From an uncultured Chloroflexia bacterium (GTDB lineage Bacteria; Chloroflexota; Limnocylindria; Limnocylindrales; CSP1-4): DNA of 64,000 nt. Under the pieces are notes generated by a model, which worked only from the letters and a program-made list of their open reading frames with translations, ran no database searches and was not told the origin of the DNA. The position numbers and the translations under genes were made by a program. Positions 48,875 through 57,891 of the stretch are shown here, in pieces. The stretch is from the NCBI GenBank assembly GCA_963752475.1, contig CAVVYR010000001.1, forward strand, positions 128,001 to 192,000, written 5' to 3'. Numbering within the stretch: position 1 is the first letter of the stretch; each line of letters begins with the position of its first letter.

Positions 48875-49882
48875 CGGAGGCGAAGCGGGACGACATCGCG
48901 GTGATCCTGGAAGCCACCGACCTCCACAAGCGCTTCCCGGTACGTGGGACCGATCTCGTCGTGAACGCCGTCAACGGCGTGTCGCTCACGCTGGAGGCCG
49001 GCGAGACGCTCGGGATCGTGGGCGAATCCGGCTGCGGCAAGTCGACGCTCGCTCGGCTGCTGGTGCGCCTGGAGGAACCGACGAGCGGACAGGTCGTGCT
49101 GGACGGGGTCGACGTTACCGGTCTTGGAGGGCCGGGCCCTGCGAGCACAGCGGCGCAAGATCCAGCTGGTCTTTCAGGACCCGTACGCCTCGCTCAACCC
49201 GCGACTGACCGCCGGCGCCACGATCGAGGAGGTCCTCGTCGTGCATGGGCTCCACGGCAGTACCAGCGGCCGTGCCGAGCGCGTGGCGACGCTTCTGGAC
49301 ATGGTCGGCCTGCGGCGATCGTTCGCTGAGCGGCTGCCCCATGAACTCTCCGGTGGGCAGCGCCAACGCGTGGGCATCGCCAGGGCGCTGGCGGTTGAGC
49401 CACGCGTGCTACTCCTCGATGAGCCGGTCTCAGCGCTGGATGTGTCCGTCCGCGCCGAGATCATGAACCTGCTCACCCAGCTGCGTGCTGACCTCGGGCT
49501 CAGCTACATCTTCATCAGCCACGACGTGGCGATGGTCCGACACATCAGCGACCGGGTGGCGGTCATGTACCTCGGCAGGGTGGTCGAAGCCGGCCCCTGG
49601 AAGGAGGTCGTGGACCGGCCGCTGCACCCGTACACCAAGGCACTTCGCGAGGCCGTGCCGGTGCCTGATCCGCGAGCGACGGGCGAGCTGGTGGCATCGG
49701 TAGCGGGCGAGGTTCCGGACCCTGCGAGGCCGCCTGCGGGCTGCCCCTTCCATCCGCGCTGCCCCATCGCCGAGAGCATCTGCCAGGCCGAAGAGCCACG
49801 CCTCGAGGATGTCCGACCGGGTCATCTCGTGGCCTGCCACGTCGTGGCTCGCGAGGCCGCGGCACCACATGGGACCACCTGA
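48871..49882 (+). CDS. ABC transporter ATP-binding protein (DppF-like), +1 frameshift near 49129-49131
   Basis: Walker A GESGCGKS lies in ORF 48850..49329; [25 protein letters not shown] lie in ORF 49124..49882. Removing one G joins them. Confidence 0.9.
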
Positions 49883-49884
49883 GG

Positions 49885-50400
49885 ATGGCGACGCGTACCG
49901 ACCTGCGCACCGCCCAGCGGGATGACCTCGAAGACATCGCCGACCTCTTCCTGGCCTGCTGGCAGACGTCCTATCGGGACGTGCTTCCGCCGGCGCTCGT
50001 GGCCATGTATGGACCATCGGAAGCAAGAGCACTATGGCAACGCTCGTTCGAACGGGGAACGGACGAGCGGCGGGTGGTCGTGGCCGACGATGTGGAGCAC
50101 GGCATCGTGGGGGTCGTGGTCACGGGACGAGAACCAGGTCATGCCGACACGGGCCACATCTTCAGCCTCTATGTCGATCCGGAAGCACAGGGCCTGGGGA
50201 TCGGCTCGCGACTGATGGCCGCTGCGATCGAGCGATTCGTGGCCGAAGGGCTATCACGGGCGAGTCTGTGGGTCTTCGCGGCGAACAGGCACGCGCTCGA
50301 GTTCTACGAGCGCTTCGGGTGGTTCCCGGATGGGACCGAGCGCGTGGAACCCGAGTACGGCGAGCCAGAGCTCCGTCTGGCTCGTTCGCTGGCGCTGTGA
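49885..50400 (+). CDS. GNAT family N-acetyltransferase
   Basis: LYVDPEAQGLGIGSRL, LWVFAANRHALEFYERFGW. Confidence 0.9.
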   Translation: MATRTDLRTAQRDDLEDIADLFLACWQTSYRDVLPPALVAMYGPSEARALWQRSFERGTDERRVVVADDVEHGIVGVVVTGREPGHADTGHIFSLYVDPEAQGLGIGSRLMAAAIERFVAEGLSRASLWVFAANRHALEFYERFGWFPDGTERVEPEYGEPELRLARSLAL

Positions 50401-50440
50401 GTCGGGCAACGGCTGGCTGACGGCCGAGGGCGCCCGTCGC

Positions 50441-50647
50441 TCAGGATCGATCGTCCGTGTCGGGTCGGAAGATGCGCTCGATGGGCAGCTCGAAGACCGC
50501 GGCGATGCGGAACGCCAGCGGCAGCGAGGGATCGTAGCGACCGGCCTCGATGGCGTTGATCGACTGGCGTGAGACACCCAGGCGCTCGCCCAACTCGGAC
50601 TGTGACCAGCCGTGGTCGGCGCGCAACTCCCGGACGCGATTCTCCAC
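50441..50647 (-). CDS. XRE-family helix-turn-helix transcriptional regulator
   Basis: ENRVRELR...WSQSELGERLGVSRQSINAIEAGRYDPSLPLAFRIA; GTG overlaps the upstream TAG. Confidence 0.93.
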   Translation of the reverse strand: MENRVRELRADHGWSQSELGERLGVSRQSINAIEAGRYDPSLPLAFRIAAVFELPIERIFRPDTDDRS

Positions 50648-51039
50648 TAGCGGTACCGCCAGTGAGCGAGCGCGAGGCCCGCGAGGTAGGCCACGTTCAT
50701 CACCACGAACCAGGCGAAGCCGCTCATTTCCGGGGCGCCCACGTTCTCGAGGAAACCCCATGTGATGGCCACGCCCATCGAGCCCAGGAGCGCGACCGGC
50801 AGCGCCGTCAGGTGCACGGTCTGCCAATACTCGTCCATGGCCCGGAAGCGGTTGACCACCACCAGCACGATGACGGCCATGCCTGCGACCGGTACCAGGG
50901 CAACCACATACCGGAGCGGGCTGTCGTCCAGCTCGCCCGTGCCGAGCACGACCATCGAGGCCGCGAGCAGGAGCCCGTAGATGACCAGTCCTGTGATCAG
51001 CTGGGCCGCGTAGCTCATCCGGCCGAAACGCTCGATCAT
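50647..51039 (-). CDS. Four-TM membrane protein associated with the XRE regulator
   Basis: Hydrophobic helices with a central RAMDEYWQ segment. Confidence 0.75.
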   Translation of the reverse strand: MIERFGRMSYAAQLITGLVIYGLLLAASMVVLGTGELDDSPLRYVVALVPVAGMAVIVLVVVNRFRAMDEYWQTVHLTALPVALLGSMGVAITWGFLENVGAPEMSGFAWFVVMNVAYLAGLALAHWRYR

Positions 51040-51191
51040 CGCCCGTGCCTCCGCTGCCACATCCGGACACCCGCTGGCAACAGAGCTGCGCCGAGTCCAA
51101 GGGCATAGCCGGCCGGGCCCATCGAGGCCGCGAAGGCGGCTCCCAGCCCGATGCCGAGTGCGACGAGCGCACCCATCGTCCACGTGGTCAT
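51036..51191 (-). CDS. Small Gly/Ala-rich membrane protein (51 aa)
   Basis: GGGAGGAG RBS; MTTWTMGALVALGIGLGAAFAASMGPAGYALGLGAALL...; ATGA overlap. Confidence 0.65.
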   Translation of the reverse strand: MTTWTMGALVALGIGLGAAFAASMGPAGYALGLGAALLPAGVRMWQRRHGR

Positions 51192-51220
51192 CTCGACTCC
51201 TCCCGGCGAATGAGGCCGGC

Positions 51221-51283
51221 TGTAAAGCGTGCTTTCCATCAGCCTATCTACCCCGCGAGATAATGTCAAGTGTCCTTTCCATC
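51221..51283 (-). promoter_or_regulatory. Sigma70 promoter flanked by two operator-like palindromes
   Basis: Minus strand TTGACA (51269-51264)-N17-TAGGCT (51246-51241); boxes TGTAAAGCGTGCTTTCCATC (51221-40) and TGTCAAGTGTCCTTTCCATC (51264-83). Confidence 0.85.
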
Positions 51284-51481
51284 AAGCGCCAAGTCCCTCG
51301 GCCGGCCTTGCGTCAGGCGCAAGAGCTAGGCACTCGAGGGAATGAACAGGTCCATTCATCGCGCGCCGTGCAAGAGACGGTCGGCAAGCTCCGTCTCACG
51401 CAGGGTATCGACGATCTGAGGGTCACTCCGGTCAAGCTCTTGCACGTGGTGGCAGCACAGCCGGAGACCACTCGCTCTGGG

Positions 51482-51504
51482 GCGCCCGGAACGCCTCCGG
51501 GCGC
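51482..51504 (-). terminator. Hairpin just downstream of the VOC gene
   Basis: GCGCCCGGA-ACGCC-TCCGGGCGC; no U-tract. Confidence 0.5.
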
Positions 51505-51508
51505 AGGA

Positions 51509-51895
51509 TCAGGATCGGGGCTTGGGCACGTGCTGGTCGATGAGGATGACGTTGCCTTCAGGGTCCGTGAGCATGATGCTCGCGACGTCGGCGGAGTCCG
51601 GGTCGGCCCGGTCCAGCAGTTCGACACCGGCAGACTCGAGCTGTGCCTGGATGTCGCGCACGTCCTCGAAGTCGTCGAGGATCAGGGCATCGTGGTCCCA
51701 GCCGGGGTTGAAGGTCAGGATGTTGCCTTCGAACATGCCCTCGAAGAGCCCGAGCGTGCACTCGCCGTTGCGCAGGATGATGTAGTTCTGCTCGCTCGCG
51801 TCATGGAAGACGCTGAAGCCGAGCTTCTCGTAGAAGGCGCGGGTCGTGGCCAGGTCCTTGACCGAGAGGCTGACAGAAAACGTTCCGAGGTCCAT
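51509..51895 (-). CDS. VOC/glyoxalase family protein
   Basis: MDLGTFSVSLSVKDL..TRAFYEKLGF, GLFEGMFEGNILTFNPGWD, DPEGNVILIDQH. Confidence 0.9.
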   Translation of the reverse strand: MDLGTFSVSLSVKDLATTRAFYEKLGFSVFHDASEQNYIILRNGECTLGLFEGMFEGNILTFNPGWDHDALILDDFEDVRDIQAQLESAGVELLDRADPDSADVASIMLTDPEGNVILIDQHVPKPRS

Positions 51896-52086
51896 GTGGG
51901 CTCCTTGTGCGTAGGCCCCTAGCATCCCCTCCTCGTCCAGCCTGCCTCGGCGCGATGCTCGACCTTTGCCGACTGCAACACCTCTGCAAGGCCTTGGCGG
52001 CTCAGCCACGCGCGCCTGTCGGTCGCGAAGGGCGAGTCTCGGAGACGACATCGACCCCGCCACCCCACACACTCAAGGAGATCCGC

Positions 52087-52374
52087 ATGCTGACCATCAC
52101 ACCGACCGCCGCCGGCGTCCTCAACGAGGCCCGTACCGACAAGGGAGCTCCGGACGACTTCGGAGTCCGCTTCTTCGCGACCACGCCGCAGGAGAGTGAC
52201 AGCGCCCGGTTGGCCTTCAAGTTCGTGGACTCACCGCAGGACGGGGACACCGTCCTCGCCGATAGCCCGATCGAAGCCTACGTGGCGCCCGATGTCGAAC
52301 GGCTGATCGGCGACGTCACGGTCGATACCAGGGACAACGGCGGCGACCTCGGCCTCGTCGTCAAGCGCAACTAG
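52087..52374 (+). CDS. HesB/IscA-fold-like protein lacking Cys motifs
   Basis: AAGGAG RBS; MLTITPTAA...GVRF...PQDGD...YVAP. Confidence 0.65.
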   Translation: MLTITPTAAGVLNEARTDKGAPDDFGVRFFATTPQESDSARLAFKFVDSPQDGDTVLADSPIEAYVAPDVERLIGDVTVDTRDNGGDLGLVVKRN

Positions 52375-52447
52375 TCGTCGGCGCGGCAGATCCGCGCGAG
52401 CAGACGGCAGAAGGCCGCGGCGCGACAAGAGGAGGAGCGCCGCCGCC

Positions 52448-52960
52448 TCAGCCGTCGTAGCCGGCGTCCGAGAAGTACGTGTGAACGGCTTCGATGAACT
52501 GCCGTCGAGCCGCGTAGAACTCCTGCTGGCTCTGCTCCCACGTCTCGGTCTTGTGGAACTCGTGACGAGGCTTGCCCTGGGCGGCATTGCCCATGTTGAC
52601 GACCGAGGTCACCAGCGCGTTGGCTGAGCTCACCACCGACTCATCTCGGAGCAGGACCTCGATCTCGCCCTGTTTGCGCCAGAGGTCTAGCGGCTCGTCG
52701 ATATCGATCGGCTCTGGCTCTGGCGCCCCGTTGTCTCCGGCCGTGCGCGATTCCTCGACCTGGTCTCGGATCCGCCACCAATGCTCGTGGGCGCTGGCCA
52801 TGAGCTGGCGGAAGGCACGGGCCTTCTCGTCGAAGAACCTCGTGCCGCGCTCGTTGCGCGTCTCGAGGACGTGCCCGGTCCAGGCCGCGGCCACACCGCC
52901 GACGGCGGAGATGATCGAGCCGATGAGCAGGAAGATGCCGGCTACCACGAGCGTGTCCAC
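52448..52960 (-). CDS. Hypothetical protein with N-terminal TM anchor
   Basis: Hydrophobic N-terminus followed by a helical charged domain; TAGAGT 6 nt upstream of GTG. Confidence 0.65.
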   Translation of the reverse strand: MDTLVVAGIFLLIGSIISAVGGVAAAWTGHVLETRNERGTRFFDEKARAFRQLMASAHEHWWRIRDQVEESRTAGDNGAPEPEPIDIDEPLDLWRKQGEIEVLLRDESVVSSANALVTSVVNMGNAAQGKPRHEFHKTETWEQSQQEFYAARRQFIEAVHTYFSDAGYDG

Positions 52961-53043
52961 GGCCGGACTCTACCGCGTCCGCCGGCCCGAGGGCAGGCCA
53001 CGAGCGCTGAACGCGCCCGGCGCCCGTTCGAATCGCAGTTCGG

Positions 53044-54120
53044 TCAGGTCGGCGGCCGCTCGGGGTGCGGCTCGCTCTCGCGCCCGTCAGCGGCGCTCGA
53101 GATGCCGCGCATGAGGCGACCCAGGATGTCGGCGCCGGTGATGATGCGCGGGTCATCGCCCCACAGAAGCACGACATCCTTGTCGATGACATCGTCCTCA
53201 CTGCGCTGCCCGGCAGCCTGCAGCCGCCCGATGACGTGACCCAGCGGCATGGTGGGATCGAGCACGATGACCGGCCGATGGCAGTGGTGCGCCACCACCG
53301 CCTGGGATCCGTGCACCACCACATCGCGCACGAACCCGTCAGCATCGAGCGCCAGGCGCGGTTCGCCGGCCGGGTCGGTCAGGATGGCCCATTTGCGGCC
53401 TGAACGATTGACGCGCTCGACGAACGGATCATCGATGCCACGCACGTCCGGCAACGCCAGTCGCGTCTGCCCAGGCTCTCGGAAGGGCAGGTCGAGGACG
53501 CTCTCGGCATCGAGCGGCTCGCCCTCCTCGGCCACGGTGATGTCGTCAAGCGCGAGGAAGTTCAGGGCTCCCATGGCCTCGACGTAGTCGACCTCGGCCG
53601 CACCGGGTTCCTCCATGTGGTGGTGGATCAACTGTCGCAGCTCTTCCTCGCGATAGAAGGTGACCTCCTCGCGTCCGAGGAGCACATCGAGCATGCGTGC
53701 CGAGGGCAAGGCCACGGGCAGCAGCAGGAGCTGGTAGACACGCAGCACCGGCGCCAGCAGGGAGGCCATGCGCAGGGCATGGCGTGAGAAGTAGGCCTGG
53801 GGCAGGATCTCGCCGCCGAAGGTGATGATGACGGTGGAGAAGATGAAGGCGAGGGCCCCGAACAAGACCGAGCCCACCAGCAGGGTGAGCAGGACGTTGA
53901 TGGCCACGTTGCCCCACAGGATCGTGGTCAGCAGCCAGCTGGCGTCCTTGCGCATGGCCAACACGCGGACCGCACGCTGGTCGCCGTCGCCCGCAAGGAT
54001 CTCCAGCTGCAGACGGCTGAGGCTGAAGAAGGCCAGGTTGAGCCCCGAGAACATCGCCGACTGCGAGAGGCAGAAGAGGACACCCAGCCAGATGAGGAGG
54101 TCGCTCTGGGCGAGATCCAC
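53044..54120 (-). CDS. CNNM/DUF21 domain membrane protein with degenerate CBS region
   Basis: SAMFSGLNLAFFSL, LLTTILWGNVAIN, GEILPQAYF, IITGADILGRL. Confidence 0.88.
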   Translation of the reverse strand: MDLAQSDLLIWLGVLFCLSQSAMFSGLNLAFFSLSRLQLEILAGDGDQRAVRVLAMRKDASWLLTTILWGNVAINVLLTLLVGSVLFGALAFIFSTVIITFGGEILPQAYFSRHALRMASLLAPVLRVYQLLLLPVALPSARMLDVLLGREEVTFYREEELRQLIHHHMEEPGAAEVDYVEAMGALNFLALDDITVAEEGEPLDAESVLDLPFREPGQTRLALPDVRGIDDPFVERVNRSGRKWAILTDPAGEPRLALDADGFVRDVVVHGSQAVVAHHCHRPVIVLDPTMPLGHVIGRLQAAGQRSEDDVIDKDVVLLWGDDPRIITGADILGRLMRGISSAADGRESEPHPERPPT

Positions 54121-54239
54121 TAGCGAACGTGCCGCGCCGGCTTGGAGGGCGCTCGATGCTGGGAGCGGGTGCGGGCGTCGTTGCTCACCGTGTGCCGTAT
54201 CGTAGTACGCGGCTCGTACCTGACGCCGAGCCGCAACGC

Positions 54240-54827
54240 GTGGACTTGGAGTGGGAGCGCATCGTGCTCGATCGACTGTTCGGCGCCGATGACGTTCCCA
54301 TCGCGGACTCGGAGGCCGACCCGGAACCGCCAGCTGACCCGGAACCCGACGACGACCTCGCCAGCATCCGCCAGGCGATCTCGGAGACAGGCTCGCTCAC
54401 CTCGGAGCGACGGCGGTTCCTGGCCGGCTACGCCTACATCCTGGTGCGTGTGGCGCGCGCGGATGGCGTGATCAACGACGACGAGATCGCCGCCGTGGAG
54501 TCGGCCGTCATCGAGGCCGGGGAGCTGCATGAGCCGCAGGGCGTGCTGCTGGTCGCACTCGCCAGCCGGATGAACTCCCTCTACGGCGCCACCGAGGACT
54601 ACGCCTTCACACGCGACTTCGCTCGGCAGTCCTCACCGCAGCGACTGCAGCGGTTGCTGCGGGCCTGCGTCGTGGTCGGGGCGGCGGACGGCCCCATCAC
54701 GACGACCGAGGCGACCGAGCTGCGCGAGATCGGTCGCGAGCTGGGCTTCACGAGCGAGGAGGTCGACGCCATCCGCGACCAGATCGACACCGGCCCGCAT
54801 GAGGCGCCCGAAGCGACGGACGAGTAG
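54240..54827 (+). CDS. TerB family (tellurite-resistance-like) protein
   Basis: VARADGVINDDE and GAADGPITTTE...IGRELG motifs; start uncertain. Confidence 0.8.
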   Translation: MDLEWERIVLDRLFGADDVPIADSEADPEPPADPEPDDDLASIRQAISETGSLTSERRRFLAGYAYILVRVARADGVINDDEIAAVESAVIEAGELHEPQGVLLVALASRMNSLYGATEDYAFTRDFARQSSPQRLQRLLRACVVVGAADGPITTTEATELREIGRELGFTSEEVDAIRDQIDTGPHEAPEATDE

Positions 54828-54944
54828 CTTCCGACGCGAAGATGGAACCCGGCGGGGGTTGCCATCGCTCATACCCTCACGTAAGCGCCGAACCCACGGC
54901 GCACTGCTTTGGGAGGCTCATCCTGCCTCGGTTATACTGCAAGT

Positions 54945-55181
54945 ATGAAGACGGCCGTGTCGGTCCCGAGCGAGATCTACGAAGAGGCAGAGGAGCTGGC
55001 GCGCAGGACTGGCCGAACGCGCAGCGAGATCTACAGCACCGCTTTGCGCGACTACCTCGCTCACCACTCGGCCGATCCGACCACCGCTGCGATGGACCAG
55101 GCGCTCGACGAGATCGAGCCCGAGCCCGATCCCTTCCTCGAGTTCGGCGCCCGTGAGACGCTGTCGGGGTCCGAGTGGTGA
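54945..55181 (+). CDS. Ribbon-helix-helix antitoxin (MazE/ChpI-like)
   Basis: MKTAVSVP.EIY.EAE..A...G.TRSEIY..AL; overlaps the toxin start. Confidence 0.88.
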   Translation: MKTAVSVPSEIYEEAEELARRTGRTRSEIYSTALRDYLAHHSADPTTAAMDQALDEIEPEPDPFLEFGARETLSGSEW

Positions 55182-55519
55182 TCAGCCAGGGGGACGTCTG
55201 GTGGACCGACCTGCCTGACCCCGCTGGCTCGGGCCCGGGCTATCGGCGACCTGTGGTCGTCGTGCAGGGTGACCCGTTGAACCGCAGCCGGATCTCTACG
55301 GTCGTGTGTGCGGTCGTGACCAGCAACCTGAAGTGGGCCAAAGCGCCCGGCAACGTGCGGCTCCCGGCACGAGAGTCGGGACTCAAGCAGGACTCGGTGG
55401 TCAATGTGTCGCAGATCCTGACGCTCGACCGCTCACGGCTCGCCGACCGCGTCGGCCGGGTCTCCATGTCCAGGCTGAGCCACATCCTCTCAGGGATCGA
55501 CGTGGTCCTGGGTCGCTGA
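55175..55519 (+). CDS. mazF: MazF/PemK family toxin (endoribonuclease)
   Basis: QGDVWW.DL..P.GS.PGYRRPVVVVQ, TSN, PGNV, DSVVNVSQI.TLDR. Confidence 0.93.
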   Translation: MVISQGDVWWTDLPDPAGSGPGYRRPVVVVQGDPLNRSRISTVVCAVVTSNLKWAKAPGNVRLPARESGLKQDSVVNVSQILTLDRSRLADRVGRVSMSRLSHILSGIDVVLGR

Positions 55520-55560
55520 GCAGCGTTCGCGGCCGGATCGTTGCGAGCGACGGCAGGGCA

Positions 55561-56358
55561 TCAGGGGCCGACGATGGCGAATGCGCCGTAGCCCACGACG
55601 CGGCTCGAGTCCCCGGCCGTGTCAGCCGAGTTGCGCAGGTCAAGCCGGATGATGCGGTAGCCCTGCGGTCGCGCCCAAGCCAAAGCCAGGCGAAGCGCGT
55701 CGGCACCGCAGGCGTCCTCGGGAGCGACGCCATCGACGCCCAAGGCCTCGATGGCGTCTGCCGTGCGGGCGTCCAGGCGCCGCGCGGTCGGGGCGTCGTG
55801 GTAGTGGGAGAGGTCGGTGCTGACCACGAGCAGCACGTCCGACGGGAGCGTGTCGAGCATCGCCGCTGCAGCCCACGGGGAGCCGCGGCCGACCGCTACG
55901 GGCAGCACCGGCACGGACGGCAGACAACGCTGCAGGAACGGCAGTTGGACCTCGAGGCTGTGCTCGGTCCGGTGTGGCGCCGCGTCGCTCACGACCCCAG
56001 CGCGAACCATGGCGTCGCGAATCCCATCGACCAGGCGGACCTCACCCAGCGGTGTGCGCCAGGCCTCGTGCGGCGCCGCAGACATGCCCTCCAGTGGCTC
56101 GAAGTGGCTGGGACCGAGGAGGACGATGGCGGATGGTGACGCAGTCTCGGCGAGCAGGACGTAGCCGCTGGCGGCCACCGGACCGCTGTACTCGTAGCCG
56201 GCGTGGGGCACGATCAGACCCCTGAGCGCGTCGATCCCGACGGCTGGCTCGCTCGCCGTTCTCGCCGCGGCGAGGAGGTCGTCGACCGTGGCGGCCAGCA
56301 TCTCGGCCGAGCCCGGATAGAAGGTGCCCGCGACGACCGGCTCACGCACGTCGCTCAC
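55561..56358 (-). CDS. amrB: AmmeMemoRadiSam system protein B (MEMO1 family)
   Basis: REPVVAGTFYP, PHAGYEYSG, LGPSH, EHSLEVQLPFLQ, STDLSHY, ACG, VVGYGA. Confidence 0.93.
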   Translation of the reverse strand: MSDVREPVVAGTFYPGSAEMLAATVDDLLAAARTASEPAVGIDALRGLIVPHAGYEYSGPVAASGYVLLAETASPSAIVLLGPSHFEPLEGMSAAPHEAWRTPLGEVRLVDGIRDAMVRAGVVSDAAPHRTEHSLEVQLPFLQRCLPSVPVLPVAVGRGSPWAAAAMLDTLPSDVLLVVSTDLSHYHDAPTARRLDARTADAIEALGVDGVAPEDACGADALRLALAWARPQGYRIIRLDLRNSADTAGDSSRVVGYGAFAIVGP

Positions 56359-57497
56359 GAGGCCCGCCTACCCGCGATGGAGACCGGCTGGCGGCGTGAG
56401 CCCCAGTGTCCCGGCTCCGGCTCGAAGACCCCCGCACACGCCGCACCGCAGTGCGCGCAGGCGCCATCGCCAGTGAGTTGCCACTCGCCGATGCGGTAGC
56501 CGTAGCGGCCGATGAGCAACCGCTTGCACGCGTGACACCACGTGGCCTGGCCCTGGGGGTCGTCGACGTTGCCGGTGTAGACGTAGCGAAGGCCATTGGC
56601 CAGGCCGATCGACCGGGCGTGGCGCAGGGTGGCGACGGTGGTCGGCGGACGGTCACGCAGGCGGTGGTCGGGATGGAAGGCCGTGAAATGGAGCGGGACC
56701 GACGGCCCCAGGTGCTCGGCGATCCACCTCGTCAGAACGTCGATCTCCTCGTCCGAGTCGTTGAGCCCGGGGATCAGCAAGGTGGTGATCTCCAGCCAGG
56801 TGCGGCCGCGGTCGGCGATGGCCTCGAGCGTGTCGAGCACCGGTGTGAGCCTCCCGAGGCAGAACCGGCGGTAGCTGTCGTCGTCGAAGGACTTGAGGTC
56901 CACGTTAGCCGCGTCCATGGCCCCGAAGAGCTCGGCTGCCGGGCCGGGCTCCATGTATCCAGCCGAGACAGCCACGGTCCGCAGGCCGGCTTCATGGCAG
57001 GCGACGGCCACGTCCACGGCGTACTCGAGGAAGACGGCCGGGTCGTTGTAGGTGAAGGCCACGCTGCGGCAGCCGTGAGCGAGAGCGCTGGCGACGATGT
57101 CCTCGGGGGAGGCCGAGTCAGCCAGCGTGTCCCACTCGCGCGAGGTGGAGACCTGCCAGTTCTGACAGAAGGCACAGCCAAGGTTGCAGCCGGCGGTCCC
57201 GAAGCTCAGCGCAGGCGTGCCGGGCAGGAAGTGGCTGAGCGGCTTCTTCTCGATGGGATCGATGCAGAAGCCGCTCGAGCGCCCGTAGGTGGTAAGCACG
57301 ACCGCGTCGTCCTGACGAGCACGAACGAAGCAGAAGCCCCGCTGGCCCTCACGTAGACGGCAGGCACGCGGGCAGACGTCGCACTGGACCCGACCATCCG
57401 GCAGTCGGTGCCACCACCGCGTCGGGTAGGCCGGGCCGCTCGAGGCATGTTCGCTCGGTCGAACCACCATCTCATGGCCGATGGTGCGCTCAGCCAT
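56355..57497 (-). CDS. amrS: AmmeMemoRadiSam system radical SAM enzyme
   Basis: CDVCPRAC, DPIEKKPL.HF.PG, GCNLGCAFCQNW, FTYNDP, YVYTGNV; start approximate. Confidence 0.93.
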   Translation of the reverse strand: MAERTIGHEMVVRPSEHASSGPAYPTRWWHRLPDGRVQCDVCPRACRLREGQRGFCFVRARQDDAVVLTTYGRSSGFCIDPIEKKPLSHFLPGTPALSFGTAGCNLGCAFCQNWQVSTSREWDTLADSASPEDIVASALAHGCRSVAFTYNDPAVFLEYAVDVAVACHEAGLRTVAVSAGYMEPGPAAELFGAMDAANVDLKSFDDDSYRRFCLGRLTPVLDTLEAIADRGRTWLEITTLLIPGLNDSDEEIDVLTRWIAEHLGPSVPLHFTAFHPDHRLRDRPPTTVATLRHARSIGLANGLRYVYTGNVDDPQGQATWCHACKRLLIGRYGYRIGEWQLTGDGACAHCGAACAGVFEPEPGHWGSRRQPVSIAGRRAS

Positions 57498-57540
57498 CGC
57501 GGTCGTCCAGTCCCAGCGATCGCGCACGCGCCTTATGGGT

Positions 57541-57891
57541 TCAGGCGAGGCGCTCGACGAGGCCGAGGATGACGACCACGCAGCCGCCGACGCCGAGCGC
57601 GCGACGCCAAGGGTTCACACCCCGCACCAGCTCGTCGATGGCCCACCAACCGAGGGTCACCGTCCCGGCCCACTCGAGGAGCGTGTGCATCTGCGCTCCG
57701 CGATCCACCAGCTGGCGGGCGATGACCGTGCCCATCCACAGCAGGATCGGCAGGTTGGGCACATGCGCGACCAGGATGCGTCCGCTGCGCCGATCACGGA
57801 ACCACCACTCGAGCACCGAGCGCAGCGCCTGACGCGACCTGCCGTTCACGGTACGTTCGGCCTTCTCAGGCGCGGTCGGTGCGGGCTTCAT
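57541..57891 (-). CDS. Small membrane protein
   Basis: WWFRDRRSGRI.VA..PNLP, WAIDELVRGVNPWRRALG; ATGA overlap with nei. Confidence 0.75.
   Translation of the reverse strand: MKPAPTAPEKAERTVNGRSRQALRSVLEWWFRDRRSGRILVAHVPNLPILLWMGTVIARQLVDRGAQMHTLLEWAGTVTLGWWAIDELVRGVNPWRRALGVGGCVVVILGLVERLA

Noticed and set aside
49120-49140. Programmed ribosomal frameshifting in the ABC ATPase (also glycerate kinase and pdxH)
   Set aside because: No X XXY YYZ slippery site and no precedent I know of in these families; single-base sequencing error is more parsimonious.
52448-55519. Genomic island or prophage boundary
   Set aside because: Accessory-looking genes and a TA pair are present, but there is no integrase, transposase, att/tRNA site or evident compositional shift.
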